This document shows, piece after piece, positions 16,751 through 24,023 of a stretch of 64,000 nucleotides of DNA; the stretch's first letter is position 1; the number at the start of each line of letters is the position of its first letter. The stretch spans positions 16,057-80,056 of the forward strand of contig DASUCN010000011.1 of assembly GCA_036276015.1 (NCBI GenBank), given 5' to 3'. The notes beneath the pieces were generated by a model that worked only from the letters and a program-made list of their open reading frames with translations, had not been told where the DNA came from and ran no database searches. Origin of the DNA: Gaiellaceae bacterium. GTDB taxonomy: Bacteria; Actinomycetota; Thermoleophilia; Gaiellales; Gaiellaceae. The position numbers were made by a program, and so were the translations under genes.

Positions 16751-17481
16751 GCCTCCTCGAGCGCGCGATCGGCGAGATCAACGAGCTCGAGCCCGACGTC
16801 GTCGTCTGCTCCGGCGACCTGACGACGTTCGGTTTCAGGCACGAGTACCTGACCGCGCGCGAGTACATAGACCGCATCCACTGCGACTCGCTGGTCGTCG
16901 TGCCCGGGAACCACGACTCGCGAAACGTCGGCTACGTCCACTTCGAGGAGATGTTCGGCGACCGGAACTCCGTGCTGCGCAAGGGGGACGTCGCCATCGT
17001 CGCGGTCGACTCGAGCGAGCCCGACCTGGACCACGGCCAGATCGGGCGCGGTCGCTACCGGTGGATCGAAGAGCAGTTTCGAGCCGAGCCGGCCGACCTG
17101 AAGATCTTCGTCCTGCACCACCACTTGCTGCCCGTGCCGGGGACGGGCCGCGAGCGCAACATCGTCCACGACGCGGGCGACGCGATCGAGTGCCTGCAGC
17201 GCGCGGGTGTCCGGCTCGTCCTCTCGGGACACAAGCACGTGCCGTACGTCTGGCGCCTCGAGGATCTCTTCGTCGTCAACGCGGGAACCGTTTCGTCGCT
17301 GCGGCTCCGTGGCAACACCAGGCCTTGTTACAACGTCATCGAGATCGCGGATCGCAAGGTCGACGTCTGGCGTCGACATCCGTTCCACGGGCAAGAGCGG
17401 CTCGTCTCCTTCACGCTCGACACGCTCGAGTACGCGAAGTACACCGGTGCGATAGAGGACGAGGTCACGGCGCGCACGTGA
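16693..17481 (+). CDS. Calcineurin-like metallophosphoesterase
   Basis: The motifs are SDLHCG, SGDLT, GNHD, HHH and SGHKH, in canonical order. The stop overlaps the next start (GTGA). Confidence 0.9.
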   Translation: MFRIAQFSDLHCGETYFEASLLERAIGEINELEPDVVVCSGDLTTFGFRHEYLTAREYIDRIHCDSLVVVPGNHDSRNVGYVHFEEMFGDRNSVLRKGDVAIVAVDSSEPDLDHGQIGRGRYRWIEEQFRAEPADLKIFVLHHHLLPVPGTGRERNIVHDAGDAIECLQRAGVRLVLSGHKHVPYVWRLEDLFVVNAGTVSSLRLRGNTRPCYNVIEIADRKVDVWRRHPFHGQERLVSFTLDTLEYAKYTGAIEDEVTART

Positions 17482-18734
17482 GAGCGGTCGCGATCGTCGA
17501 CGGCGAGCACTACGCCTCCGTCGTCCGACACGCCCTCGAGGAGATGCCGTACGAGTTCGTCGCTGCGGTGCTCGTCGGCGGACAGGAGAAGCTTCGCGGT
17601 GGCGAGGACTACGGTGTCCCGCTCGGTGCGGACGTCGAGTCGACGCTCGCTGCATTCTCTCCGGAGGTCGTCGTCGATCTCTCTGACGAGCCGGTGCTCG
17701 GACCGCCGGAGCGGCTCGCACTCGCGAGCCGGGTTCTCGCCGCGGGTGTGTCCTACGTCGGGGCGGACTTCCGCTTCGATCCGCCCGAGCGGGCGCCGTT
17801 TGCGCTTCCGTCACTCGCTGTCGTCGGCACGGGCAAGCGTGTCGGCAAGACGGCGGTCACGGGTCACGTCGCACGACTGCTCTCGTCGGATCGGGCGGTG
17901 GTCGTCGTCGCGATGGGGCGCGGCGGGCCGCCCGAGCCAGAGGTCGTCACGGTGCGTCCGACCGTCGATGCGCTCGTCGAGCTGTCGCGGTCCGGCCGGC
18001 ATGCTGCGTCCGACCACCTCGAGACCGCAGCCTTGGTCGGCGTTGCGACGGTGGGCTGTCGCCGATGCGGAGGGGGCCTCGCGGGCGCTGTCGCGACGTC
18101 CAACGTTCTCGAGGGCTCGCGGCTCGCGGCACAGCTCGCGCCGGACCTGGTCGTCTTCGACGGAAGCGGCGCCGCTCTACCTCCGATCGCGGCGGGCGGC
18201 ACGGTCGTCGTCGTCGGCGGTCACCAGGATCCGGGCGTCGTCTCGGGGTACCTGAACGCATTCCGGCTTCTCCTTGCCGACCTCGTCGTGCTGTCGATGG
18301 CCGAGGAGGACAGCGGTTGGGAAGTGGTGCGAGCGGGCGTGGCCGGGGTGGTGCCGGAGAGCGTCCCCATCGTTGCGACCACACTGCGTCCCCGGCCGCT
18401 GCAGAGCGTTCGCGGCCGCACGGTCGCGTACTTCTGTGCGGCGCCGCAGGACGCCCACGGTCGTCTGCGGACGCACCTCGAGGAGACGCATGGCGCCCGG
18501 GTCGTCCACGTCTCCGGGAATCTCGCGAACAGAGCAGCGCTTCGCGTCGAGCTCGAGACGCTCTCCGCCGACGTCTATCTCGTCGAGCTCAAGGCCGCGG
18601 CGGTCGACGTCGTGGCCGAAGCCGCGCTCGCTCGAGACGCCGAGGTGGTGCTCGCAGCGAACGACCTGGTCCCTCGCGCGGGTGAGCCGGACCTTGACGG
18701 ACTGCTCCTCGACGTGGCCAAATTCCGGGGGTGA
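17478..18734 (+). CDS. Cyclic 2,3-diphosphoglycerate synthetase-like protein
   Basis: GTG 17478 overlaps the upstream stop. The N-terminus is AIVDGEHYASVV and the P-loop is VVGTGKRVGKT. I recognise the overall sequence as the cDPG-synthetase family from memory, without an HMM check. The first 139 aa of the 557-aa track ORF are an out-of-frame read of the phosphoesterase gene. Confidence 0.7.
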   Translation: MRAVAIVDGEHYASVVRHALEEMPYEFVAAVLVGGQEKLRGGEDYGVPLGADVESTLAAFSPEVVVDLSDEPVLGPPERLALASRVLAAGVSYVGADFRFDPPERAPFALPSLAVVGTGKRVGKTAVTGHVARLLSSDRAVVVVAMGRGGPPEPEVVTVRPTVDALVELSRSGRHAASDHLETAALVGVATVGCRRCGGGLAGAVATSNVLEGSRLAAQLAPDLVVFDGSGAALPPIAAGGTVVVVGGHQDPGVVSGYLNAFRLLLADLVVLSMAEEDSGWEVVRAGVAGVVPESVPIVATTLRPRPLQSVRGRTVAYFCAAPQDAHGRLRTHLEETHGARVVHVSGNLANRAALRVELETLSADVYLVELKAAAVDVVAEAALARDAEVVLAANDLVPRAGEPDLDGLLLDVAKFRG

Positions 18735-19642
18735 GCGAGCGCCGCTATCGGCTCCCGTTGCCGCTCGGCGACGAGGTGCCGTTCTCGAAGGGCCTGATGG
18801 CGCGAGCGCTCGTCGTGACCGGCCTCGACCCCGAGCGCGCGTACCTCATCGCACGTCGAGCCGACCGCGACCTGACCGAGCGTGGCGCGTTGTCGCTCGA
18901 TCTCGACCGCCTCGGCGAGCTCGCCGCCGAGCTGATCGGCGAGGAGGAGGCGGCACGCACCGTGCGGCGACTTCGCCGGATCGACGCGCTCCAGCGCCTC
19001 GACGAGCCACTCCTCTTGCTCGTGGGCGGGGCAACCGGCACCGGGAAGTCGACGATCGCGACCGAGGCCGCACATCGTCTCGGCATCACGCGGGTCACGT
19101 CGACGGACTTCATCCGGCAGACGATGCGCACCTTCTTCTCGAAGGAGTTCATGCCGTCGGTCCACTACTCGAGCTTCGAGGCTCGACTCGCACTCACACG
19201 CGCCGAGGAGGAGGAGTCGGGCGACGCCGCGATCCTCGGATTTCTCGACCAGACGCGGAACGTCCTGGTCGGCGTCGATGCGGCTCTCGAGCGCGCCGCA
19301 ACCGAGCGCTGGTCGACGGTGCTCGAAGGAGTGCACCTCGTCCCTGGCATGCTCGACGTCGCTTATCCCGGCGCGTTCGTCGTGCAGTGCGTGATCGCGA
19401 TCGAGGACGAGAACCTGCACCGCAGCCATTTCTGGGTACGTGACCACGCGACGGAGGGCCTGCGCCCGCTCGAGAAGTACCTCGACTCGCTGCCGCAGAT
19501 CCGCCAGATCCAGGACTACCTCGTCGAGCGCGCCAGGCGTCACGACGTCCCTGTCATCCACAACGACTCGCTCGACCGTGCGATCGGAGACGTTCTCGAC
19601 CTCGTGCTCCGCCGAGCGGATCAGCTCGTCGCCGTCGCGTAG
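18731..19642 (+). CDS. 2-phosphoglycerate kinase-like protein
   Basis: GTG 18731 overlaps the upstream stop (GTGA). The N-terminal regulatory module has VPFSKGLMARAL. The Walker A is GGATGTGKST, followed by TSTDFIRQ. This matches my recollection of the archaeal 2PGK family. Confidence 0.75.
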   Translation: MSERRYRLPLPLGDEVPFSKGLMARALVVTGLDPERAYLIARRADRDLTERGALSLDLDRLGELAAELIGEEEAARTVRRLRRIDALQRLDEPLLLLVGGATGTGKSTIATEAAHRLGITRVTSTDFIRQTMRTFFSKEFMPSVHYSSFEARLALTRAEEEESGDAAILGFLDQTRNVLVGVDAALERAATERWSTVLEGVHLVPGMLDVAYPGAFVVQCVIAIEDENLHRSHFWVRDHATEGLRPLEKYLDSLPQIRQIQDYLVERARRHDVPVIHNDSLDRAIGDVLDLVLRRADQLVAVA

Positions 19643-19665
19643 AGACGCGTCTCTACACTTGCCGC

Positions 19666-19965
19666 ATGGTCACTCGCGAGGACGTCATCGAGGCCCTGCA
19701 CGGCGTTGAGGATCCCGAGCTCGGGATGGACATCGTCGAGCTCGGTCTCATGTACGACGTCGAGGTCGACGACTCGAAGGTCAAGGTGACGTACAGCCTG
19801 ACCTCGATGGGCTGTCCGGCGGGCGCGATGATCGCGGACGGCATCGTCGACGCTGCCCGCTCCGTACCGGGTGTGGAGGAGGTCGAGGCGGAGCTGACGT
19901 TCGACCCGCCGTGGACGCCCGACCGGATGTCGGACGACGCGAAGTTCATCCTCGGCTTCGGCTGA
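19666..19965 (+). CDS. DUF59/SufT-family Fe-S assembly protein
   Basis: It has EDPELGMDIVELGL...TSMGCPAG, the typical DUF59 (MIP18) signature. Confidence 0.85.
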   Translation: MVTREDVIEALHGVEDPELGMDIVELGLMYDVEVDDSKVKVTYSLTSMGCPAGAMIADGIVDAARSVPGVEEVEAELTFDPPWTPDRMSDDAKFILGFG

Positions 19966-19975
19966 ATTGTCCGCA

Positions 19976-20004
19976 GACCGGAATCCGCGGATGCGGATTC
20001 GGTC
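19976..20004. repeat. Intergenic hairpin repeat, copy A (gaccggaatccgc-ggat-gcggattcggtc)
   Basis: It starts 11 nt after the sufT stop. It is near-identical to the copy after ftsZ (63884-63913), and the flanks also align (ttgtNcgca...ggtcgcg.ga...aaag.cgc). Confidence 0.7.
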
Positions 20005-20107
20005 GCGTGAGTCAAAGACGCTCGCGACGCGCACCGATGCCGTGTCGGCCGTTCCTGATCCGCTAATGAGGCGAGTGGGCCGCACCCGTAGCGAGCAACT
20101 GCTCGCT

Positions 20108-21097
20108 CTAGCCGGGGATCGAGAGGACGATCTTGCCGAACTGCTCACCAGCCTCGAGCCGCTCGTGCGCACGCGCTGCATCGGCCAGCGGGAACACGCT
20201 GTCGACGTGCACGCGGGCACGACCCGATCGGATCAGCCCGTACGCGCCCTCGAAGTCGGACGGCATCCCCATCGTGGAGCCGTAGACGACGAGCTGCTTC
20301 CACCACAGCCGGTAGAGGCGTGCCGGCGGGCTGTGGCCGGAGGTCGCTCCGCACACGACGACGCGACCCTCCTGCGCGGCCGCGGCGAGCGATCGCTCCC
20401 AGGTTGCCTCACCGACCGTCTCGACCACCACGTCTGCACCCTTGCCGCCCGTGGCGTCCTTGACGGCCTGGACGACGTCTCCGTCGGCATGGTTCACGGC
20501 GACGTCGGCGCCGAGCGCGCGAGCTCGTTCGAGCTTCGCCTCGCTCGACGACGTGACGACGGTTCGTGCTCCGAGCGCGCGCGCGATCTCGAACGCGGCG
20601 AGTGCGACGCCTCCGCCGATGCCCCAGACCAGCACCCACTCGTCCTCCTGGAGCGCGGTCTTGGTGACGAGCATCCGGTACGCGGTCTCGAACACGAGGG
20701 GGAAGGCAGCCGCCTCCTCGAATGAAAGCGCCTCGTCGAGCGGGTAGAGCTGCCCTGCGGGGATCGACTTCAACTCACAGCAGGTGCCGTCCGTGTGCTC
20801 GCCGATGACGGTGATCCGGCCGTCGTGCGGGATACCTGGATTCACGACGACGCGGTCGCCGATCTCGAACCCGTCTACACCTTCGCCGAGCGCTGCGACG
20901 ACGCCGGCCCCGTCGGCGCCGAGGATGCGGGGCTTGGGAACCGACGGGAGCCCCTTCCGCACCCACACGTCGAGGTGGTTGAGGCCCGCGGCGCGCAGCG
21001 AGACCAGAACCTCACCCGGTGCGGGGTTCGGATCGTCGACGTCCTCGTACCGCAGCACCTCGGGACCACCGTCCTCGTGTATCCGGATCGCCTTCAC
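20108..21097 (-). CDS. Zinc-type/MDR-family alcohol dehydrogenase or quinone oxidoreductase
   Basis: It has the MDR fold (KAIRIHEDGGPEVL..., GADGAGVV, Rossmann VWGIGGGVALAAFEIARALG). I prefer GTG 21097 (giving MKAIRIHE) over the track ATG 21115, whose codon overlaps the queG ATG. Confidence 0.88.
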   Translation of the reverse strand: MKAIRIHEDGGPEVLRYEDVDDPNPAPGEVLVSLRAAGLNHLDVWVRKGLPSVPKPRILGADGAGVVAALGEGVDGFEIGDRVVVNPGIPHDGRITVIGEHTDGTCCELKSIPAGQLYPLDEALSFEEAAAFPLVFETAYRMLVTKTALQEDEWVLVWGIGGGVALAAFEIARALGARTVVTSSSEAKLERARALGADVAVNHADGDVVQAVKDATGGKGADVVVETVGEATWERSLAAAAQEGRVVVCGATSGHSPPARLYRLWWKQLVVYGSTMGMPSDFEGAYGLIRSGRARVHVDSVFPLADAARAHERLEAGEQFGKIVLSIPG

Positions 21098-21113
21098 GAG
21101 GCAGAATCCTCGC

Positions 21114-22115
21114 ATGACCGCCGCCGAGCTGACGGAACTGGCCGTCGAGCTCGGGATCGACGCCGTGGGCGCTGCTCCGGTTGCGCCCTACGAGGAGACC
21201 GAGCAGCACATCGTGGACCGTCGCGCGCGCGGGCTCTTCGCAGACATGCGCTTCACGATGTCGCGGCCCGACATCTCGTGCCATCCGGAGCGCCTGCTCG
21301 AGGGCGCGAAGACGGTGATCGCCGGCGCGCTCTGCTACTACCGCCCCGAGCCGGCGCTGGGGGCCGACGAAGGACGGCTTCCGCGATACACGTGGCGCGA
21401 CGAGTACGCCCTGCTGCGCCAGCGCCTCGACGAGCTGGGGAGGAGACTCGGTGGGGCGTATCGCGTGCTCGTGGACGAGTCCGACCACGTCGACCGTGCG
21501 GCGGCCGTTCGCGCGGGAATCGCGTTCTACGGCAAGAACACGCTGGCGATCACGCGCCGTCACGGCTCGTGGGTCGTCCTCGGCGTCGTCGTCACCGACG
21601 TGGAGATCGAGCCGTCCTCGCCGCTTGGACTCGACTGCGGTGAGTGCCGGTTGTGCATCGACGCATGCCCAACGGGCGCGTTGGACGATCCGGGAACCCT
21701 CGACTCGACTAGGTGCCTCTCCTACTGGACGCAGGCACCGGCTTCCATCCCCGAGCAGTACCGTGCCGAGCTGGGGCCGATGGTCTACGGCTGCGACGTC
21801 TGCCAGGACGTGTGCCCGTGGAACCGCGGGGTCGAGAAGCGGAGGCAGGGTGTGACGGATGAGACAGCCAGTGGGGGCGTGTCGCTCGTCGACTGGCTCG
21901 AGCGTGACGGGCATTCGCTCGTCGCGGAGTTCGACCGGTTGTACGTGCCTCGGAACGACGCTCGCTGGCTCCGTCGCAACGCTCTCATCGCAGCGGGGAA
22001 CGTCGGAACGGAGGATCTCGGGCCAAACGTGAGTCGTTACGTCGACGATCCCGACCCCATGCTCGCCGAGACGGCCGCGTGGGCGCTGGCGCAGATCGGA
22101 GCGCGGAAGAAGTGA
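21114..22115 (+). CDS. queG: Epoxyqueuosine reductase
   Basis: The internal ATG is at 21114. The two 4Fe-4S motifs are CGECRLCIDACPTGAL and CDVCQDVCPWN. The C-terminal tail is HEAT-like. Confidence 0.9.
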   Translation: MTAAELTELAVELGIDAVGAAPVAPYEETEQHIVDRRARGLFADMRFTMSRPDISCHPERLLEGAKTVIAGALCYYRPEPALGADEGRLPRYTWRDEYALLRQRLDELGRRLGGAYRVLVDESDHVDRAAAVRAGIAFYGKNTLAITRRHGSWVVLGVVVTDVEIEPSSPLGLDCGECRLCIDACPTGALDDPGTLDSTRCLSYWTQAPASIPEQYRAELGPMVYGCDVCQDVCPWNRGVEKRRQGVTDETASGGVSLVDWLERDGHSLVAEFDRLYVPRNDARWLRRNALIAAGNVGTEDLGPNVSRYVDDPDPMLAETAAWALAQIGARKK

Positions 22116-22771
22116 GCACCGAGCTCGACCGCGCGCGCATCGCAGTCGTCGTCCACGAGGTGCGGAGCCCGGTCGCCGCAGTCGCTGCGGTTGCCGAAGC
22201 CCTCGCTGAGCGACCGGCTGATGCCGCGCTACGTACGGAGCTGGTACGTCTCGCTCTCGCCGCGTGTCACGCCATCGAGCGGATCGTCCTCGACCTCGCG
22301 GTGGCCTCGGTGCGCCTCCACTCGGTTGACATTCGAGCGCTCGTGGGGGAGACCGCGGCGGCGTTCCGACTGCAGAGTGCCGACGTCGTCGCCGACGGGC
22401 TCGACGGCGACCCGCTGTTCGTCCGGGCTGATGCCGTTCGCCTCCGTCAGGGACTCGACAACCTCGTCCGGAACGCGCTCGTTCACAGTGGTACTGCCGA
22501 GCCGGTACGTATCTCGGTCACGAGCTCCGATGCAGAAGTGGTGGTCGCCGTCACTGACGCGGGGGTCGGCATCTCGCCGGACGAGCTCGAGCGCATCTTC
22601 GAGCCGGGTGAGCGAGTCCGGCCGAGCTCGCCCGGATCGGGTCTCGGGCTCGCCGTGACGCGCGCGATCGTCGACGCGCATGGAGGATCGATCGAGGTCG
22701 AGTCCAGCGAGGGGGTCGGTACGACCTTCACGATGGTGCTTCCTGCGGCAGAGCCTCAATCCGCCACCTGA
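22112..22771 (+). CDS. Minimal soluble histidine kinase (DHp + HATPase only)
   Basis: GTG 22112 overlaps the queG stop (GTGA). The H-box VHEVRSPVAAV begins about 15 aa from the start. The N- and G-boxes are NLVRNALVH and GSGLGLAVTRAIV. There is no TM or sensor domain. Confidence 0.8.
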   Translation: MSTELDRARIAVVVHEVRSPVAAVAAVAEALAERPADAALRTELVRLALAACHAIERIVLDLAVASVRLHSVDIRALVGETAAAFRLQSADVVADGLDGDPLFVRADAVRLRQGLDNLVRNALVHSGTAEPVRISVTSSDAEVVVAVTDAGVGISPDELERIFEPGERVRPSSPGSGLGLAVTRAIVDAHGGSIEVESSEGVGTTFTMVLPAAEPQSAT

Positions 22772-23400
22772 GCCTCGACGACTTCGTCCCGAAGCCACGT
22801 GCCGTCGCGGGCGAACTCGCTCACCCGGAAACGCGCGGTCGCCGACTCGAGGTCCGTGTCCGTCGACACCACCCGGATCGGCGAGTCTCCGGCGGTTGCG
22901 TAACCCTCCGCGATGCCATCCTGCTCGATGACGACCCAGCGCGTCCCGCGCCCCGGCTCGATCCACGCAAATCCCACTGTCGTCTCTTCGCTCGAGCGGC
23001 AGCTCAGAGTGAGTCGCGCATCGTCGACGCCGGATGATCCGAGACGTGCCGACGCCCAGCCGCACCACGCTCCGCCGAGTGAGTCGCATGCGTATGCCTT
23101 CCGCTGCTGTGGATCGAGGAACGTGACGCTCGCGCCTCGGACCCCGATGCGCTCGACGACCCGACCGGTCGCCCGCCTACCCAGCACCGCGACGCACGAC
23201 CGGAGGCGCGCTACCTTCGCCGCTTCGGCCACGCGGACGCGAGTGGCGACAACCGCTCCGTCCGCACGCTGGAACGTCACCGCAGGAGAGCGCGCGGCCG
23301 AACCGTCGACGAGTGCCGGTCGTCGCTCCTCACCGCCGGAGCAGCCGGCGATCAGCACCAGCAGGCCGATGCCGGTTGCCAGCGGGCGGAGCCCCGTCAC
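22756..23400 (-). CDS. Lipoprotein of unknown function
   Basis: GTG 23398-23400 overlaps the upstream stop (GTGA). The lipobox is LLVLIAGCSGG. The upstream 105 aa of the track ORF are junk. Confidence 0.65.
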   Translation of the reverse strand: MTGLRPLATGIGLLVLIAGCSGGEERRPALVDGSAARSPAVTFQRADGAVVATRVRVAEAAKVARLRSCVAVLGRRATGRVVERIGVRGASVTFLDPQQRKAYACDSLGGAWCGWASARLGSSGVDDARLTLSCRSSEETTVGFAWIEPGRGTRWVVIEQDGIAEGYATAGDSPIRVVSTDTDLESATARFRVSEFARDGTWLRDEVVEAQVAD

Positions 23401-24023
23401 GAGCTCCAGCCGGTGCGCCGAACGCCGCTGTAGCTTGCGCTTCCACGGTACGTCCGCGTCCAGATGTTCGTCCCGTATGCCTCGCCCTTCGCCTCGATGA
23501 TCTGATCCGAGCCGTCGGGGTTCACCGCATAGATCAGGCCGATGTGGCCGTCGCTCGCGAGAGCGTCCATCTTGATGAGGGAGGGCTTCGTCGCCGTGAC
23601 GTTCGGCGCGCCCGAGCCCGCCTTGAACGCCGCCGCCGTGTACGGGCCGTGGACGTGCCGCAGCATCCCCCATTGATGGAACCCGGGGTCGGAGGTGTCG
23701 AGCGCTTCGCGCCACACCTTGAAGGTGAAGCCCGAGCAGTCCCCGCCCTCGCCGCCGGTGGATGCGTTCTCCTGCGGATCGCCCGGAGAGTCGTCACGGT
23801 CGTTGTCGTTCCAGCAGCCTCCGCCCCACTGGTAGCCCTCGTAGCGCGCGCGGAGTGCCACCGCCGCGGAGCCGTCCCGGGTGATGTACGGCGTCGGCGT
23901 CGGGGCTGCGTAGTTGCAGTTGTCCGCCACGAAGCGCGTGTGGTAGGCGGTCGCACTCCCGACGAGCGTGAGCCCGATGACGAGGGCGGTCGCGAACGCG
24001 GTGAAGCCGCTCGTGCGCATCAT
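23397..24023 (-). CDS. Secreted NlpC/P60-like (papain-fold) cell-wall hydrolase
   Basis: The start MMRTSGF is at 24023 and overlaps the upstream stop by 1 nt. It has a signal or TM segment, the catalytic Cys context GGDCSGFTFKVW and the His context ASDGHIGLIY. Confidence 0.75.
   Translation of the reverse strand: MMRTSGFTAFATALVIGLTLVGSATAYHTRFVADNCNYAAPTPTPYITRDGSAAVALRARYEGYQWGGGCWNDNDRDDSPGDPQENASTGGEGGDCSGFTFKVWREALDTSDPGFHQWGMLRHVHGPYTAAAFKAGSGAPNVTATKPSLIKMDALASDGHIGLIYAVNPDGSDQIIEAKGEAYGTNIWTRTYRGSASYSGVRRTGWSS

Noticed and set aside
17061-17477. N-terminal extensions of track ORFs. Examples are the first 139 aa of the 557-aa ORF, the first 45 aa of the 2433 ORF, 23401-23715, 24024-25169 and 48123-48446.
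   Set aside because: The extensions are out-of-frame reads of the preceding gene and are Arg/Pro-rich. A GTG or ATG that overlaps the upstream stop gives an N-terminus matching the family, a signal peptide or a lipobox.
20085-20104. The stem AGCGAGCA-ac-TGCTCGCT just downstream of the dehydrogenase stop, considered as a separate regulatory element.
   Set aside because: It is probably just a simple terminator-like hairpin for the convergent gene pair. It has no U-tract, and I saw no repetition elsewhere in the window.
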